From positions 24,539-88,538 of the forward strand of contig JBAWAP010000323.1 in assembly GCA_049589355.1 (NCBI GenBank): a DNA stretch of 64,000 nt. The letters run 5' to 3'. Positions 62,057 to 64,000 of this stretch are shown here, piece after piece. Made by a program: the position numbers and the translations under genes. Position 1 is the first letter of the stretch. Each line of letters begins with the position of its first letter. The notes beneath the pieces are model-generated. The model made no database searches. It saw only the letters and a program-made list of their open reading frames with translations, and was not told where the DNA came from. The DNA comes from Anaerolineae bacterium. GTDB lineage: Bacteria; Chloroflexota; Anaerolineae; VGOG01.

Positions 62057-63753
62057 CGGAGCAAGAGTTGCGTACCCTCATTGCCGGAGGGGAAACACCA
62101 ACGGTGGAGTTCAAGAGTGACCACGGACCACTGCCTGACACCGAACTGCTGGAGACCGTGATCTGCCTGGCCAACGGGCAAGGTGGTACACTGCTGGTAG
62201 GCGTAGAGGATGACGGCCGTGTGACTGGTCTGCACTCCCATCACCGAACCCATCCAGGTGCATTGGCGGCCTTGATTGCCAACCGGACAGTACCCCCGGT
62301 GACCGTTGAAGCCGCGTTTGTGGATCTCCCCGAGGGGACTGTGGCCGTTGTCGTTGTGCCTCCCGCTCGCCAACCGGTGGCGACCAGCGATGGCAGGTTG
62401 CTCATTCGTTATGTAGACACGCGGGGGCGACCCGGTTGCCGTCCCTTCTACCCGCACGAAATGGCGAGCTGGCGCGCCGACCGGGGCATGGCCGACATGT
62501 CGGCGCTGCCAGTGCCGGGTACCGGCTGGGAGGATCTGGATCCGCTGGAACTGGCGCGTCTGCGCCGGATGGTGCACGAATTCCACGGCGATGTGGCACT
62601 GCTGGAGCTGGATGACGACCAGTTGGCCCAGGCGCTGGGCCTGGTGCAATCCCACCAAGGGTGCCTACAGCCAACATTGGCCGGACTGTTGCTGGTGGGA
62701 ACAGAGGAGGCCCTGCGCCAGCATGTTCCCGCTCATGAGGTCGCCTTCCAGGTGTTGCGGGGCACGGACGTGGCAGTCAACGAGTTCCGCCGCTGGCCAC
62801 TGCTGCGGATGTTGGAATGGGTGCTGGAATCGTTCCAGGTGCGCAACGAGGAGCGGGAGTTGAGCATCGGCCTGTTTCGAGTCGGTGTGCCTGCCTACGA
62901 CCCGCGCGGCTTTCGTGAGGCAGTGAACAACGCACTCATCCACCGGGACTATGCTCTGTTGGGAGCTATCCACATTCAGATGCACGATGATTATGTTCGC
63001 ATCAGCAATCCTGGTGGTTTTGTGGAAGGGGTGAGACTTGACAACCTGCTGGTGACCGAGCCGCGCCCTCGTAACCCTCGCTTGGCCGACGCTTTCAAAC
63101 GAATAGGCCTAGTGGAACGCACCGGCCGTGGCGTGGCCATCATCTACAATGGCCAGTTGCGCAACGGCCGTCTGCCGCCGGACTACAGTTTGAGCACCGA
63201 GGCAAGCGTCAGCGTCATACTCCCCGGTGGTCCGGCCGATCTGGATTTCGTTCAGTTGGTGGTCACCGAGGAAAACCGCCGTCAGCGGCCTTTGGGGGTG
63301 AGCGAATTGTTGGTGCTGGCTCACGTGTGGTGCGAGCGGACTATAGATACTGCCACCGCAGCCCGGCTCATCCAACGGGATGAAGCCCAGGCCCGGGCTG
63401 TGCTGGAAAGCTTGGTAGAGACCGGTCTGCTCGAAGGGCGCGGAGCTAAACGAGGCCGCACATATCTGCTCAGCGCCGGCGTGTACCGTGCCCTGGGCCG
63501 GCCTGCCGCGTACGTCCGCGCCCGGGGTTTTGAGGCGGAACAGATGAAGCAGATGATCTTGCAGTACGTGCGTGCCCACGGCCGCATCGCTCGGCGTGAG
63601 GTGATGGAGCTGTGCCGGATCAATGAGAATCAGGCGGGGTACCTGCTCAAGAGGCTAGCCCAGCAGGGCCAGCTTCTGCTGGTGGGCAAGGGGCGCTCGG
63701 CCTACTACGAGAGCGCCAAGAGCGCCCGTAAGACTCGGAATAACTCGGAATAG
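62053..63753 (+). CDS. AlbA_2 (Schlafen-like) / HATPase_c_4 putative DNA-binding ATPase-regulator
   Basis: N-terminal GETPTVEFKSD AlbA_2 signature, central ATPase-like region, C-terminal winged-helix-like tail. 566 aa. Confidence 0.7.
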   Translation: MTEQELRTLIAGGETPTVEFKSDHGPLPDTELLETVICLANGQGGTLLVGVEDDGRVTGLHSHHRTHPGALAALIANRTVPPVTVEAAFVDLPEGTVAVVVVPPARQPVATSDGRLLIRYVDTRGRPGCRPFYPHEMASWRADRGMADMSALPVPGTGWEDLDPLELARLRRMVHEFHGDVALLELDDDQLAQALGLVQSHQGCLQPTLAGLLLVGTEEALRQHVPAHEVAFQVLRGTDVAVNEFRRWPLLRMLEWVLESFQVRNEERELSIGLFRVGVPAYDPRGFREAVNNALIHRDYALLGAIHIQMHDDYVRISNPGGFVEGVRLDNLLVTEPRPRNPRLADAFKRIGLVERTGRGVAIIYNGQLRNGRLPPDYSLSTEASVSVILPGGPADLDFVQLVVTEENRRQRPLGVSELLVLAHVWCERTIDTATAARLIQRDEAQARAVLESLVETGLLEGRGAKRGRTYLLSAGVYRALGRPAAYVRARGFEAEQMKQMILQYVRAHGRIARREVMELCRINENQAGYLLKRLAQQGQLLLVGKGRSAYYESAKSARKTRNNSE

Positions 63754-64000
63754 TCGCGTACAAACACGGATTCCGAGTTTATGTGGCCTTTCAAACGCAA
63801 TGGTTAACATTCCTTAGAGTTAACATATGGAATGGCAGCCTGTCTTCAAGGGCGTCTCGCCCCGCGAAGTCTACGAACGCGGCGGGTATGGCGATGAACC
63901 TCCCAGAGGATTGAGCGACCGGGACGTTATCGAGATCGTGGAGAAGTCCTTGCGGCGCATGCGCTGCAACTGATGCAGGAACTGCCTTGCAATAACAGAT

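Noticed and set aside
63827-63973. A 48-codon ORF (MEWQPVFKGVSPREVYERGGYGDEPPRGLSDRDVIEIVEKSLRRMRCN) near the window end.
   Set aside because: It is too short, has no recognisable family or clear RBS, and lies at the window edge. The evidence is insufficient to call a gene.

Overview
This is a 64-kb, high-GC (about 60% by eye) bacterial chromosomal window. The unsplit rpoC, a T-box leader, LVIVD/BNR/pentapeptide surface proteins and PT-rich linkers suggest a Chloroflexota-like organism, but that is inference only.

Core genes:
- Information processing: rpoC (5'-truncated by the window edge), tRNA-Arg(UCG), cca, thiI, aspS, ileS, rluD.
- Metabolism and export: pyk, mgsA, secDF, two lspA paralogs.
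- A LysM-SBP/GH4/PIG-L sugar-uptake locus.
- A UbiA / radical-SAM-SPASM / polyprenyl synthase cluster.
- Many near-consensus sigma70 promoters (TTGACA-17-TATAAT).

Three things stand out.

1. Gene-terminus duplications around small cassettes. Three loci have a small accessory cassette bracketed by an intact host-gene terminus and a diverged relic copy of the same terminus. The cassettes are a nucleotidyltransferase pair, an MNT pair and a GmrSD-like DUF262 gene. No recombinase is present in the window. The first two loci, plus a low-GC SIR2 gene, form a 3.4-kb graveyard of relic gene ends between a radical-SAM gene and a DEDD-exonuclease/SNF2-SWIM operon. The third sits inside an HTH / type IIG-like methyltransferase / AlbA_2 island.

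2. A T-box riboswitch heads a GNAT / AlaX-like deacylase / ileS gene string. Its stem II region is occupied by a heptamer-repeat hairpin.

3. The window is saturated with short hairpin-forming repeat families. They lie between genes and also in frame inside ileS, rluD, the methyltransferase, a radical-SAM enzyme and ABC permeases. The families are heptamer-tandem hairpins, GACYTCSGARGTC palindromes, about 100-nt elements closed by 14-16 bp stems, and nested palindromes.

A strong promoter-to-terminator unit upstream of mgsA folds like a 6S-type RNA.

All calls rest on reading the sequence and ORF translations. No database search was possible. Identities were counted by hand, and family names are recognition-based.
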